NCBI GenBank assembly: GCA_029246845.1
Contig: JAQWMJ010000007.1
Location: forward strand, 1 to 17,658
Direction: 5' to 3'
DNA: 17,658 bases
Source: Thermodesulfobacteriota bacterium
GTDB lineage: Bacteria; Desulfobacterota_D; UBA1144
Below, one piece after another: positions 1 to 8,276 of this stretch. A model generated the notes under the pieces. The model was not told the DNA's origin. It worked only from the letters and a program-made list of their open reading frames with translations, and ran no database searches. A program made the position numbers and the translations under genes. How positions within the stretch are numbered: the stretch's first letter is position 1; every line of letters starts with the position of its first letter.

Positions 1-2
1 GA

Positions 3-929
3 AGCGACATATCTGAGTATGATTCAGTCAAGGAATATTTCTCAAAGGCTCTAATGTCCCCTCTTCTATCATCTTCGGAAGAAAAAACGTTGTCATCTCA
101 ACTTAAGTCTTGTGACGCTCAAATATTATCATTTGAAAAAAGACTTAACTTAGCAACGGGTAAAGAAATAATTAAGATGGAAAGTTTTTTAAAAGCAGTA
201 AAGACTAAAAAAAATCAAATTTTCCAATCTTTTACAAAATCTAATTTAAGATTGGTAGTCAGTATTGCTAAAAAATATGCCAACAAAGGTGTCCCTTTAA
301 TTGATTTAATTCAAGAGGGAAATGTTGGATTAATGAGGGCTGTTGAAAAGTTTGATCATACTAAAGGTTTTAAGTTTTCTACTTATGCTGCATGGTGGAT
401 ACATCAATCAATAACAAGAAGCATAATGGACCAGTCAAGGTCCATTAAAGTACCAGTCTATATTCTTGAAAAGTCAGCAAGGGTTTTCAAAGCAAACAAG
501 AAACTTGAGAAAGAGTTGTCTAGGAAGCCTGAGTTGTTTGAGATAGCTACTGAAGTTGATTTACCAATCGAGGCTGTTAAACAGATTCTAGATTCAGGTT
601 TAGATACCTTTTCTTTAGATTCACCTATCTCAACTGAAGAAAATGCATCCTTTATGGATTTCGTCCAAGATGAGAGGCTTTTGCAAGATGAACTTTCAGC
701 CCATTCCTCTCTTCAGGAAACTATAAATTTGGCGCTTTCAAATTTAGAAGAACGTGAAAAAGAAATTATAAATCTGAGGTTTGGAATTAATAATTCAGAG
801 GTTTTAACTCTAGATGAAATAGGAAGTAGATTTAATTTAACTAGAGAAAGGATTAGGCAAATAGAGAAAAAAGCTCTAAAAAAAATTGAAAAAAATTACG
901 GATTATCCTTAAAGGGTTTTTTAAATTAG
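3..929 (+). CDS. RNA polymerase sigma-70 family factor (RpoD/RpoS-like), 5'-truncated by window edge
   Basis: Frame is open from base 3: [30 protein letters not shown] resembles region 1.2, so ATG54 is internal. Region 2 [12 protein letters not shown]...[18 protein letters not shown]...[14 protein letters not shown]; region 3 SLDSPI; region 4 TLDEIG...[14 protein letters not shown]. Confidence 0.95.
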   Translation, partial: SDISEYDSVKEYFSKALMSPLLSSSEEKTLSSQLKSCDAQILSFEKRLNLATGKEIIKMESFLKAVKTKKNQIFQSFTKSNLRLVVSIAKKYANKGVPLIDLIQEGNVGLMRAVEKFDHTKGFKFSTYAAWWIHQSITRSIMDQSRSIKVPVYILEKSARVFKANKKLEKELSRKPELFEIATEVDLPIEAVKQILDSGLDTFSLDSPISTEENASFMDFVQDERLLQDELSAHSSLQETINLALSNLEEREKEIINLRFGINNSEVLTLDEIGSRFNLTRERIRQIEKKALKKIEKNYGLSLKGFLN

Positions 930-933
930 GAGG
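928..933 (+). promoter_or_regulatory. Shine-Dalgarno AGGAGG for the small ORF at 938
   Basis: AGGAGG overlaps the sigma stop codon (TAG 927-929) and ends 4 nt before ATG 938. Confidence 0.65.
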
Positions 934-937
934 ATTT

Positions 938-1090
938 ATGACATTTCATATTGAACAAAGACCAGACACGGATGTTTTAAACAAGAAGCATAAGCTGAAA
1001 TCTATTAAATCAGATAAACAAAAAAGAACAAAAAAAGTTTCGAACACTAAAAGTATTAGAAGAAATACCAGGAATCTATTACTATTCTAG
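938..1090 (+). CDS. Small basic hypothetical protein, 50 aa (not in ORF track)
   Basis: Manual translation: MTFHIEQRPDTDVLNKKHKLKSIKSDKQKRTKKVSNTKSIRRNTRNLLLF*. Consensus SD; fills the gap between sigma and ORF 1094. Confidence 0.55.
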   Translation: MTFHIEQRPDTDVLNKKHKLKSIKSDKQKRTKKVSNTKSIRRNTRNLLLF

Positions 1091-1093
1091 TAA

Positions 1094-2509
1094 ATGGTTT
1101 CATTTAGTTTTTCAAGAACGTACAAATACCCCATCTTTCAAGTTTGGAATTGGCATAAAAATATCCTAGCACTTGAGAGACTAACTCCCCCTTGGGATAA
1201 AGTAACAGTCATTAAGAAGAAAAATCTTGGAAATGTTTTTTTAAAAGATGGAGAGATTACTATTCAACAGGAGATTCTTCCCTTACTCAAAGCTAAATGG
1301 AGAATCTCGCATATGCCCTCTATGTTTAAGGAGGGGGTATCTTTTAGTGATAAATTAGTGTCTGGTCCAATTAAGAAATGGCAGCACAATCATAATTTCA
1401 TAAAAACCTCGAAAACCCAAACTACTCTTAAAGATGAAATTTCATTTTCGCATTGGATTAATGTTAAAAAATTAAATAATTTTACTTTGGAAAGTATGGA
1501 AAAATCCTTTAAGTATAGAGCTGATATACTAGAACATGACCTCTCCAATGCTTATAAAAATACAAATGGATATTACGTCTTAATAACTGGCTCTAGTGGC
1601 TTGGTAGGTTCAGCTCTAGTTCCTTTGTTAAATTCTTTGGGATACAAAATAGTTTTTTTAAAATATGAGAAGCATTATAAATCTACTAGTTTTAATGATT
1701 GCAAAATAAGATATCAAAGTAAGGACTTAATAGAGATACCTTGGAACCCTTATATCAGTGATGATTTGCGAATTCCCGATGATATATCAAAAAAAATTAG
1801 GTTTGTTGTAAATTTATCTGGCGAAAATATATTAGGAATTTGGACAAAATCAAAAAAGAAATTAATTATTAATAGCAGGTTAATTTCCACTAGAAGCTTA
1901 CTCAAGGTTCTTGAAAGGAATTCAATAAAAACTAAATGCTGCGTTCATGCATCTGCTGTTGGTTATTATGGTTTAAACAAAAAACTACTATTGGACGAAT
2001 ATGATTCCTCTGGATATGGATTTCTTGCAGAAACTACTAAAGAGTGGGAAAAAGAACAAAATAAATTCAGGAAACTAACACAAAGAAATGTTAATTTACG
2101 TATAGGGGCTGTTTTGTCCAGCAAAGGTGGTCTTATCAAACAAATTGAGCTCCCTTTTAAGGCTGGGCTTGGAAGCTTTATTGGAAAAGGTGACAACTTT
2201 GTGAATTGGATACTACTAGAGGATTTAGTAAGAATAATTGAGAAAAGCTTCAACAATAAAGATTACGATGGAGCGATAAATGCCGTAAGCCCAGAACCAA
2301 TTCAAAGTAAAGATCTTTTTTATTTATTGGCAAAGAAATATAAATCTAAATTCTTTATCAATATACCATCGTACATTCCGAGGTTTTTCTCGAAAGAATT
2401 AGCTGATGAGATTATTTTATCAAGTCAACAAATCTCTCCCAGAAAATTATTAAAGAATAAATATAAATTTTTAGCTCCCACTATACATGAGGCATTGGAC
2501 ATTCTATAA
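1094..2509 (+). CDS. TIGR01777/YfcH-like NAD-dependent epimerase-family oxidoreductase with N-terminal SRPBCC-like domain
   Basis: N-terminal WH...ALERLTPPW...GPIKKWQHNHNF...TTLKDEI...FKYR (SRPBCC-like). Rossmann ITGSSGLVG, VVNLSGENI...W, ASAVGYYG, GFLA...EWE, LRIGAVL, WILLED, GAINAVSPEP. Confidence 0.9.
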   Translation: MVSFSFSRTYKYPIFQVWNWHKNILALERLTPPWDKVTVIKKKNLGNVFLKDGEITIQQEILPLLKAKWRISHMPSMFKEGVSFSDKLVSGPIKKWQHNHNFIKTSKTQTTLKDEISFSHWINVKKLNNFTLESMEKSFKYRADILEHDLSNAYKNTNGYYVLITGSSGLVGSALVPLLNSLGYKIVFLKYEKHYKSTSFNDCKIRYQSKDLIEIPWNPYISDDLRIPDDISKKIRFVVNLSGENILGIWTKSKKKLIINSRLISTRSLLKVLERNSIKTKCCVHASAVGYYGLNKKLLLDEYDSSGYGFLAETTKEWEKEQNKFRKLTQRNVNLRIGAVLSSKGGLIKQIELPFKAGLGSFIGKGDNFVNWILLEDLVRIIEKSFNNKDYDGAINAVSPEPIQSKDLFYLLAKKYKSKFFINIPSYIPRFFSKELADEIILSSQQISPRKLLKNKYKFLAPTIHEALDIL

Positions 2510-2532
2510 AGCATTTAGTAGATTTTATTGAT

Positions 2533-3156
2533 ATGGATATAGGAAATACAAGAAAAAGATATAGGAACAAAGAAGATATATTCACTTCAACCTTAACCCC
2601 TATTCAGTTCTTTAAACAGTGGTATCTAGAAGCAGAAAAAGAAGTTTCTGAACCGAATGCTTTTGCTTTATCAACTTCTTATAAAGGCGTACCATCTTCA
2701 AGAATGATGCTACTTAAAAACTTTTCAGCAAGTTTTACTTTTTATACAAATATCAGCAGTAGAAAAGGAAGAGATATAATAATTAATAAAAATGCTTCAA
2801 TGCTATTTTGGTGGAAAGAGATTCAAAGACAAATTCGTATTGAAGGAAAATTATTTGAGCTAAGCAAAGCTACCGTAAAAAAGTATTTTTATTCAAGACC
2901 AATAAATAGTCAGATAGGTGCACTTTCCTCTGATCAAAGTTCAAAAATAATTTCATATGAGACACTAGTAAATGAGTTTGAGAAAAATAAGTTAAAATTT
3001 AAAAATAGAAGAATTCCTTTTCCAGAAAATTGGACTGGATTTCAGCTTCGTCCAACTACAATAGAATTTTGGCAGGGAGGTGAAGATAGACTTCATCAAA
3101 GAATAGAATACAGAAAGAATAAGAATAAATGGAAAAGTAGGATTTTGGCACCATGA
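2533..3156 (+). CDS. pdxH: Pyridoxamine/pyridoxine 5'-phosphate oxidase
   Basis: EPNAFALST, PSSRMMLLK, FYTN..SRKG, RQIRIEG, YFYSRP..SQIGA..SDQS, IEFWQGGEDRLHQR, C-terminal RILAP; 207 aa. Confidence 0.95.
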   Translation: MDIGNTRKRYRNKEDIFTSTLTPIQFFKQWYLEAEKEVSEPNAFALSTSYKGVPSSRMMLLKNFSASFTFYTNISSRKGRDIIINKNASMLFWWKEIQRQIRIEGKLFELSKATVKKYFYSRPINSQIGALSSDQSSKIISYETLVNEFEKNKLKFKNRRIPFPENWTGFQLRPTTIEFWQGGEDRLHQRIEYRKNKNKWKSRILAP

Positions 3157-3575
3157 GCAATATGAAGTATCGCTTTTTTGTTGATAAAGATTGTAATTGG
3201 TTTCAAGACGGAAAACCAATTACACATCACGGCATTTACAAATTTAATTATAAATATCTAAAAATAGATAAAAATGGTGAATTTTATGTTCAAGAAGGAG
3301 AGTCTACAGCTTATGTAGAATTTGAGGATAAGCCTTTTATTGTTAAGTCAGTAGATACAACAGAGCAAAGCACAGTTTTGCATCTAAATGATTCAACACA
3401 AGAAGAGCTAGATATACATAGTCTTTATTTTAAGGAAAACATTCCATATTGTTCGGTAAAAGAAGGCTCCTTTGAAGCAAAATTTTCTAGACCTGCACTT
3501 TATCAAATCAGTAAGATTATTAAAATATCAGATGGTCAATATTATATTAATTCATCCCTAATTAATCATCGATAA
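3153..3575 (+). CDS. DUF1285-like protein
   Basis: FVDKDCNWFQDGKPI, YVEFEDKPFIV, LND, PYC.VK..FEAKFSRPALYQ resemble DUF1285. ATGA overlap with the pdxH stop. Confidence 0.7.
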   Translation: MSNMKYRFFVDKDCNWFQDGKPITHHGIYKFNYKYLKIDKNGEFYVQEGESTAYVEFEDKPFIVKSVDTTEQSTVLHLNDSTQEELDIHSLYFKENIPYCSVKEGSFEAKFSRPALYQISKIIKISDGQYYINSSLINHR

Positions 3576-4728
3576 AATAAATATTTTCTATAACTCTAAA
3601 TATTACTTCATTCGAGACGTTAAAACCCGCATCAGTCAGAACAATAGTATTATCTTTATTTATTATCAATTGCTGTTTAATTAGATTTTCAATTGTTAAT
3701 TGATTAACAGTGAAATTAGCTAACAATCTAAGTCTTTCAATATTCACACCTTTCTTTAATCTCAATCCCATCATAAAAGTATCCTTAATGTATTCTCTTA
3801 TTCCCAATGAGTGTTTTATTGAATCACCAGAGTCTATATCGAAAAGTTCTCCGTACTTTTTAATTGATTTAGGATTACTCCATCTAAAATAGTTACCCTT
3901 TTCAATATCAACTAATGATGAATGTGCACCTGGACCAATACCGAGATAGGAGTCACTATTCCAGTACAATAGATTATGTCTCGACTCATATAAAGGTTTC
4001 GAGTAGTTTGAAACTTCGTACTGTTCAATTCCAATTTCTTTTAACTTTTCTTTTGTTGTATCCATCATATCTAAAAAAATCTCATCTGATACTTCGGAGA
4101 TATCTCCCCTATTTCGCATTTTCCAAAAAGGTGTTGACTCTTCGATGGTTAAGCAATATGTAGATACGTGTTGAACATTAAGTTCTTTTAAATATGACAA
4201 CTCCTGTTCCCATTCTTTCAGTGATTCTTTGTCAACTCCAAAAATAAAATCAAAGCTTATATTCGTAAACTCACAATTCGAAATTTTACTAATAAAATCT
4301 AAATTGGACTTTTTAGTTGAGCTCCTACCTAATATTTTAAGCTTCTTATTATTGAAAGATTGTATACCAATACTAAGTCTACTTATTCCAAGATCTTTGA
4401 ATATTATAGGCTCTACAACTTCATCATCATAAGGATTGATTTCTATAGCAATTTCACAATCCGATTCTACTAAAAATAATTCTTCTATTCGATCGAGAAT
4501 CTTTTTTAACAAATTTATAGGGAGCAAAGATGGTGTGCCTCCACCGAAATGTACACTTACTAGATTCTTATTAGCGAACAATGCGGACTTGATTCTTAAT
4601 TCATCCAACAAAAAGGAAACTAATCCATCATAATCAGCTAAAGATGTGGAATAGACGTTGAAATTGCAAAAAGGGCATATTGTTTTACAAAAAGGAATGT
4701 GTATATATATACCAAATTTATTACTCAT
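3562..4728 (-). CDS. hemW: Radical SAM heme chaperone HemW (HemN-like)
   Basis: YIHIPFCKTICPFCNF (CxxxCxxC), FGGGTPS, RLSIGIQSF, YEVSNY, HNLLYW (HNxxYW HemW motif), YLGIGPGAHS, MMGLRL. Lacks the HemN N-terminal extension. Confidence 0.9.
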   Translation of the reverse strand: MSNKFGIYIHIPFCKTICPFCNFNVYSTSLADYDGLVSFLLDELRIKSALFANKNLVSVHFGGGTPSLLPINLLKKILDRIEELFLVESDCEIAIEINPYDDEVVEPIIFKDLGISRLSIGIQSFNNKKLKILGRSSTKKSNLDFISKISNCEFTNISFDFIFGVDKESLKEWEQELSYLKELNVQHVSTYCLTIEESTPFWKMRNRGDISEVSDEIFLDMMDTTKEKLKEIGIEQYEVSNYSKPLYESRHNLLYWNSDSYLGIGPGAHSSLVDIEKGNYFRWSNPKSIKKYGELFDIDSGDSIKHSLGIREYIKDTFMMGLRLKKGVNIERLRLLANFTVNQLTIENLIKQQLIINKDNTIVLTDAGFNVSNEVIFRVIENIYFIDD

Positions 4729-4736
4729 GCTATAAT
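4728..4736 (+). promoter_or_regulatory. Putative extended -10 promoter TGCTATAAT for the tolC operon
   Basis: Exact TGnTATAAT match in the 20-bp divergent gap, 12 nt before ATG 4749. No good -35 seen. Confidence 0.6.
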
Positions 4737-4748
4737 GTTTTTATTAAA

Positions 4749-5990
4749 ATGACTGTATTTATACGCTTTTTTTTTATAACTTATATATTAACAGCTAGTT
4801 TCGCTTGGTCTATTGATTATAATAATCTTTCCTTAGGTGACGCTCACAAAGTTGCCATGGAAAATAACTATGAATTAATCTACTCATTAGAAGAAACAAA
4901 ATCTCGATCTTCAGCACTTCAAGAATATCAAGCGCAATACTTTCCTCAAATTAACGCAAATATTATCTTTCCATTCTATGGTAGGAGTTCTAATATTAAT
5001 GTAGATCAATTACTCTTTGACTTTGGAAAACTAAGCCAAAGAATCAATGCCGGTAAATATTTAATTCGTGCTCAGGAATATTCTCATGAAGGAAAGAAAA
5101 TTAAGATACTAAACCAGGTAACAGAAAAGTTTTATGAGATAGTTAAAACAGAGAATTTAATTAAAGGCTTTGCAGAGGAAAGAGATACGAAACAGGAACA
5201 ACTTAAAAAATCAATTGCTTTTTTAAAGGCTGGAAGAGTATCTTCGCTCAATGTTGCCGAAAGAAATCTTACTCTGAGTAGGGTTGAACTAGAATTAATT
5301 TCCCTACAGGGTTTATTAAGAAAGTATGAAGAAGAATTGTTTACGCTTCTTGGAGTTACTAAGCCTGAATCAGTAAAATATGTGACTGATTTAGAATATA
5401 CAAGAATTGATTTAAATCCTGATCTAATTGTAGACTCATATTTAGCCAACATGTATGAAGTAAAAGCGTTAGAGATGACAATATTATCAACAAAGGCTAC
5501 TATTTCTGCAATATATAGAGACTTTCTTCCTAACATTGTAGCTAGAGCGGCATATAGATTTGAAGGAAAAGGTGTGTCATCAGAAGATAAAGACAATGAC
5601 TTAGTTGGTGGTATGGGTGCTACGTGGCAAATCTTTAATGGTGGGAGAACATATTATCAGATACAGTCTCATAAAGCTCGCCTAAGGGCTCAGTTGTCAC
5701 AACTTAAACTACTAAAGCAAAAACTTGGGTCTACTGTTAAAGCTTCTATAATTGAAGCTGAGACCTCTTTTTATAAAATTAATGTTCTCAAGAAATCCTT
5801 TAAAGCATCGGAAGCTCATCATAAATTTATGAAAACTAAATATAAAAGTGGTGATTTATCTAAAATCGAGCTTTTTGAGGTTGAGAATATGAAGAATAAA
5901 CAAGAAATTCTTTACCAAAATTCAATTTATGACTATATAATTAAGATTGCTAGGATTGAAAAGGTTACTGGGCTAAATATTACAAAATGA
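4749..5990 (+). CDS. TolC-family outer membrane efflux protein
   Basis: Start moved to ATG 4749 because 4680 overlaps hemW. MTVFIRFFFITYILTASFAWS is signal-peptide-like; LSLGDAHKVAMENN, YFPQI, QLLFDFGK, KAGRVSSLNV, FLPNI, WQIFNGG, YKSGDLSKIEL match the two OEP repeats. Confidence 0.88.
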   Translation: MTVFIRFFFITYILTASFAWSIDYNNLSLGDAHKVAMENNYELIYSLEETKSRSSALQEYQAQYFPQINANIIFPFYGRSSNINVDQLLFDFGKLSQRINAGKYLIRAQEYSHEGKKIKILNQVTEKFYEIVKTENLIKGFAEERDTKQEQLKKSIAFLKAGRVSSLNVAERNLTLSRVELELISLQGLLRKYEEELFTLLGVTKPESVKYVTDLEYTRIDLNPDLIVDSYLANMYEVKALEMTILSTKATISAIYRDFLPNIVARAAYRFEGKGVSSEDKDNDLVGGMGATWQIFNGGRTYYQIQSHKARLRAQLSQLKLLKQKLGSTVKASIIEAETSFYKINVLKKSFKASEAHHKFMKTKYKSGDLSKIELFEVENMKNKQEILYQNSIYDYIIKIARIEKVTGLNITK

Positions 5991-7591
5991 AAAATCTAGA
6001 AAAAATAAAAAAAAAGGTCTCTCCTTTTTTTCAAAGCATGATTACTTTAATGAAGAATATGTTTGGCAAACTATTGCCAAAAGTAGAGAGCCTTTCAAAG
6101 AGCTCGCTAAATTATGTAAATTCTTGGAAGAAAAGACAGTCTCCATTGCTAATGAAATATCTTCATAAATTACTACGTTTGATAAAAAAAATAAAAGACT
6201 CAATTGGTCCAACTATAATAAGAATTTATAATGTTATGAAAAAATTATTAAGAAGCTTAAAAGAAACAATACCTTTGTTAGGAAAGATAGTTAAATACAT
6301 TAGTGATGTTGTTACTAAAATAATTAATAAAATCAAGTATGTTATCAGAAAAACATTCCATTTTTTCCAAGTTTTATTTAGCCCAATCATATGGTTGATA
6401 AATTTTATATGGTCACTTCGAATCCTTATAGCCATTGGACTAGTAATTTTCCTTGTTGCGAATAGATACGCACAATCGCCTTCAATAAATATTGTTGACG
6501 ATGACATAAGACTATCTACAACTCAAATGTCCGTGGGAGAAATAAGTGAATTTGTAAAAACTTCTGGGAAGATTGTTCCAAAAAAAGAAGAAAAACTTTT
6601 CTCTAAAATAGACTTACCTTTAAAAGCAGTTTATGTAGAATATGGAGACATTGTGGAAGAAGGCCAACTCCTACTTGAACTAGACGCTGATTTAATTGAG
6701 TCAGAAATAAGTACTCAAAAACAAAGATTCGAAGTTTTCTCTAATAAGTATGATCAAGCTATTAAGAAGGTTGAAACAAACAAAAAGTTACTAGATCAAG
6801 GTTTTATTTCCCAAGACGAATATGAAAGAAGTAAAAGACTTCCTAAGGAAATACTTGTGCAAAAATCGTCTGTTGAATTAACACTAAAAAAGCTAGAGTC
6901 ACAATTACTAAATGCTAGATTTGTATCCCCAATCAGGGGAAGAATAGACTACATAGATCCAAAGATAACTAAAGAAAATGCGCAAAGAGGTGGCGTAAAA
7001 GTGGGTATATACAAATGGTATTTCACAATCTCATCCTCTATTGACGAATTGAATCTAAACCTTAGTATCGATGGAAGAGACGTATCTAAAGTAAAAGTAG
7101 GCCAAGAAGTAATGTTTAGAGTAGATTCATTTAAGCAAAGAAAATTTTATGGTAAAATTGTTAAAATTATAGAGCCGCTCAACTTAAAGCCACATACTAA
7201 CAAAGCACCTGTCTTTTATGAATTAATAGCAAGTATCAGTGAGAAAGAAGTAAAACTTAAGTCTGGTTTAAGTGTGGATGCTGAGATTAAAATCCAAACT
7301 AAAACTGGAATTAAGAGAATTCCTAGATCTGCATTAAGATTTGTTCCCCCTAAAGATATTGTTGTCAAGATTGCTCCTCCAAATAACGCAACCACTTTGA
7401 TTGTTTGGATTGCAAATGAAGATAATTCTATCTCGGCCATCCCTATAGAAACAGGCATTAAAGATAATCAATTTATTGAGGTGCCTGAAGATACTAGAAT
7501 TTCACTTGAGGACTCAATTGTTATCGGAGCCACCGTACCTCAAGCTAAGAAAAAAGGAAAATTCGCCCTACCACAACCTAAAAGATATTAG
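5987..7591 (+). CDS. MacA-like periplasmic adaptor (membrane fusion protein) with long N-terminal extension
   Basis: TM anchor at about aa 134-158; SGKIVP, lipoyl halves VYVEYGDIVEEGQLLLELD and SPIRGRI, hairpin with LLDQGFISQDEYE, DVSKVKVGQ.V.F.VD, LKSGLS, IPRSALRFVP, TGIKD. ATGA overlap with tolC stop. Confidence 0.9.
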   Translation: MKNLEKIKKKVSPFFQSMITLMKNMFGKLLPKVESLSKSSLNYVNSWKKRQSPLLMKYLHKLLRLIKKIKDSIGPTIIRIYNVMKKLLRSLKETIPLLGKIVKYISDVVTKIINKIKYVIRKTFHFFQVLFSPIIWLINFIWSLRILIAIGLVIFLVANRYAQSPSINIVDDDIRLSTTQMSVGEISEFVKTSGKIVPKKEEKLFSKIDLPLKAVYVEYGDIVEEGQLLLELDADLIESEISTQKQRFEVFSNKYDQAIKKVETNKKLLDQGFISQDEYERSKRLPKEILVQKSSVELTLKKLESQLLNARFVSPIRGRIDYIDPKITKENAQRGGVKVGIYKWYFTISSSIDELNLNLSIDGRDVSKVKVGQEVMFRVDSFKQRKFYGKIVKIIEPLNLKPHTNKAPVFYELIASISEKEVKLKSGLSVDAEIKIQTKTGIKRIPRSALRFVPPKDIVVKIAPPNNATTLIVWIANEDNSISAIPIETGIKDNQFIEVPEDTRISLEDSIVIGATVPQAKKKGKFALPQPKRY

Positions 7592-7595
7592 CAGG

Positions 7596-8273
7596 ATGAG
7601 CAATAAAACTGTAATAGAATTAGAAAATATAAATAAAATATATCAAACCGGAAACAATAAGTTGCAAGTCTTATTTAATGTATGCCTTCAAATATATGAA
7701 GGGGATTTTATATCAATAGTTGGCCCTTCAGGTTCAGGTAAAACAACCCTGCTTAATATAATGGCTTGCTTAGACCGGCCTACATCAGGAAGATATCTTC
7801 TTGGAGGAAAGAATGTAAAATCTAAGTCTAAAGACGACCTTTCTAGGCTTAGAAATAAATCAATAGGATTCATATTTCAGAGTTTTAATCTAATTTCAAG
7901 GCATACCGCGATTGAAAACGTTCAAATGCCATTACAATACTCAAATGTGGTTGACAAAAAAGAGAGAGCAGAAAGAGCTTTAGAATGTCTTAAACTTGTT
8001 GATTTAACAAATCGTGCAAAACATCACCCTAATGAATTATCAGGTGGGCAGCAACAGAGAGTCGCAATTGCAAGATCTCTTATCAATAATCCCGATATAA
8101 TTTTAGCCGATGAGCCTACAGGAAATTTAGACTCTAAAACAAGCGCTGACATAATCAATCTGTTAAAAAAACTTCATGAATCAGGAAAGACAATCATTAT
8201 AATTACACATGACGACAGCATCGCTAAAGAAGCAATGGATACAATTAGAATAAGAGATGGGAAAATAATTTAG
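7596..8273 (+). CDS. ABC transporter ATP-binding protein (MacB/LolD-type NBD)
   Basis: Start moved to ATG 7596 (MSNKTVIELENINKIY). Walker A GPSGSGKTT, IGFIFQSFNL, signature LSGGQQQRV, ILADEPTGNLD, ITHD. Confidence 0.95.
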   Translation: MSNKTVIELENINKIYQTGNNKLQVLFNVCLQIYEGDFISIVGPSGSGKTTLLNIMACLDRPTSGRYLLGGKNVKSKSKDDLSRLRNKSIGFIFQSFNLISRHTAIENVQMPLQYSNVVDKKERAERALECLKLVDLTNRAKHHPNELSGGQQQRVAIARSLINNPDIILADEPTGNLDSKTSADIINLLKKLHESGKTIIIITHDDSIAKEAMDTIRIRDGKII

Positions 8274-8276
8274 ACT

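Noticed and set aside
1030..1037. A-run (A AAA AAA G) in the 50-aa ORF as a -1 frameshift site into a frame reading FRTLKVLEEIPGIYYY...
   Set aside because: Poly-A runs are frequent throughout this AT-rich window, no stimulatory hairpin was seen, and the shifted frame overlaps the start of ORF 1094.
1088..1096. Readthrough fusion of the 50-aa ORF with the in-frame ORF 1094 (recoding or alternative genetic code)
   Set aside because: Two consecutive different stops (TAG TAA), and all three stop codons end genes normally in this window.
4701..4712. Palindrome GTATATATATAC upstream of the tolC -10 as an operator or microsatellite
   Set aside because: Explained by hemW codons for the conserved G-I-Y-I-H motif, and low complexity.
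3562..4728. Calling the radical SAM gene hemN (coproporphyrinogen dehydrogenase)
   Set aside because: HNxxYW motif and lack of the N-terminal extension indicate HemW.
4680..4748. ORF-track start for TolC at 4680 (likewise 7476 for the ATPase and 10382 for dxr)
   Set aside because: These extensions overlap neighbouring genes; downstream ATGs at 4749, 7596 and 10400 give family-typical N-termini.
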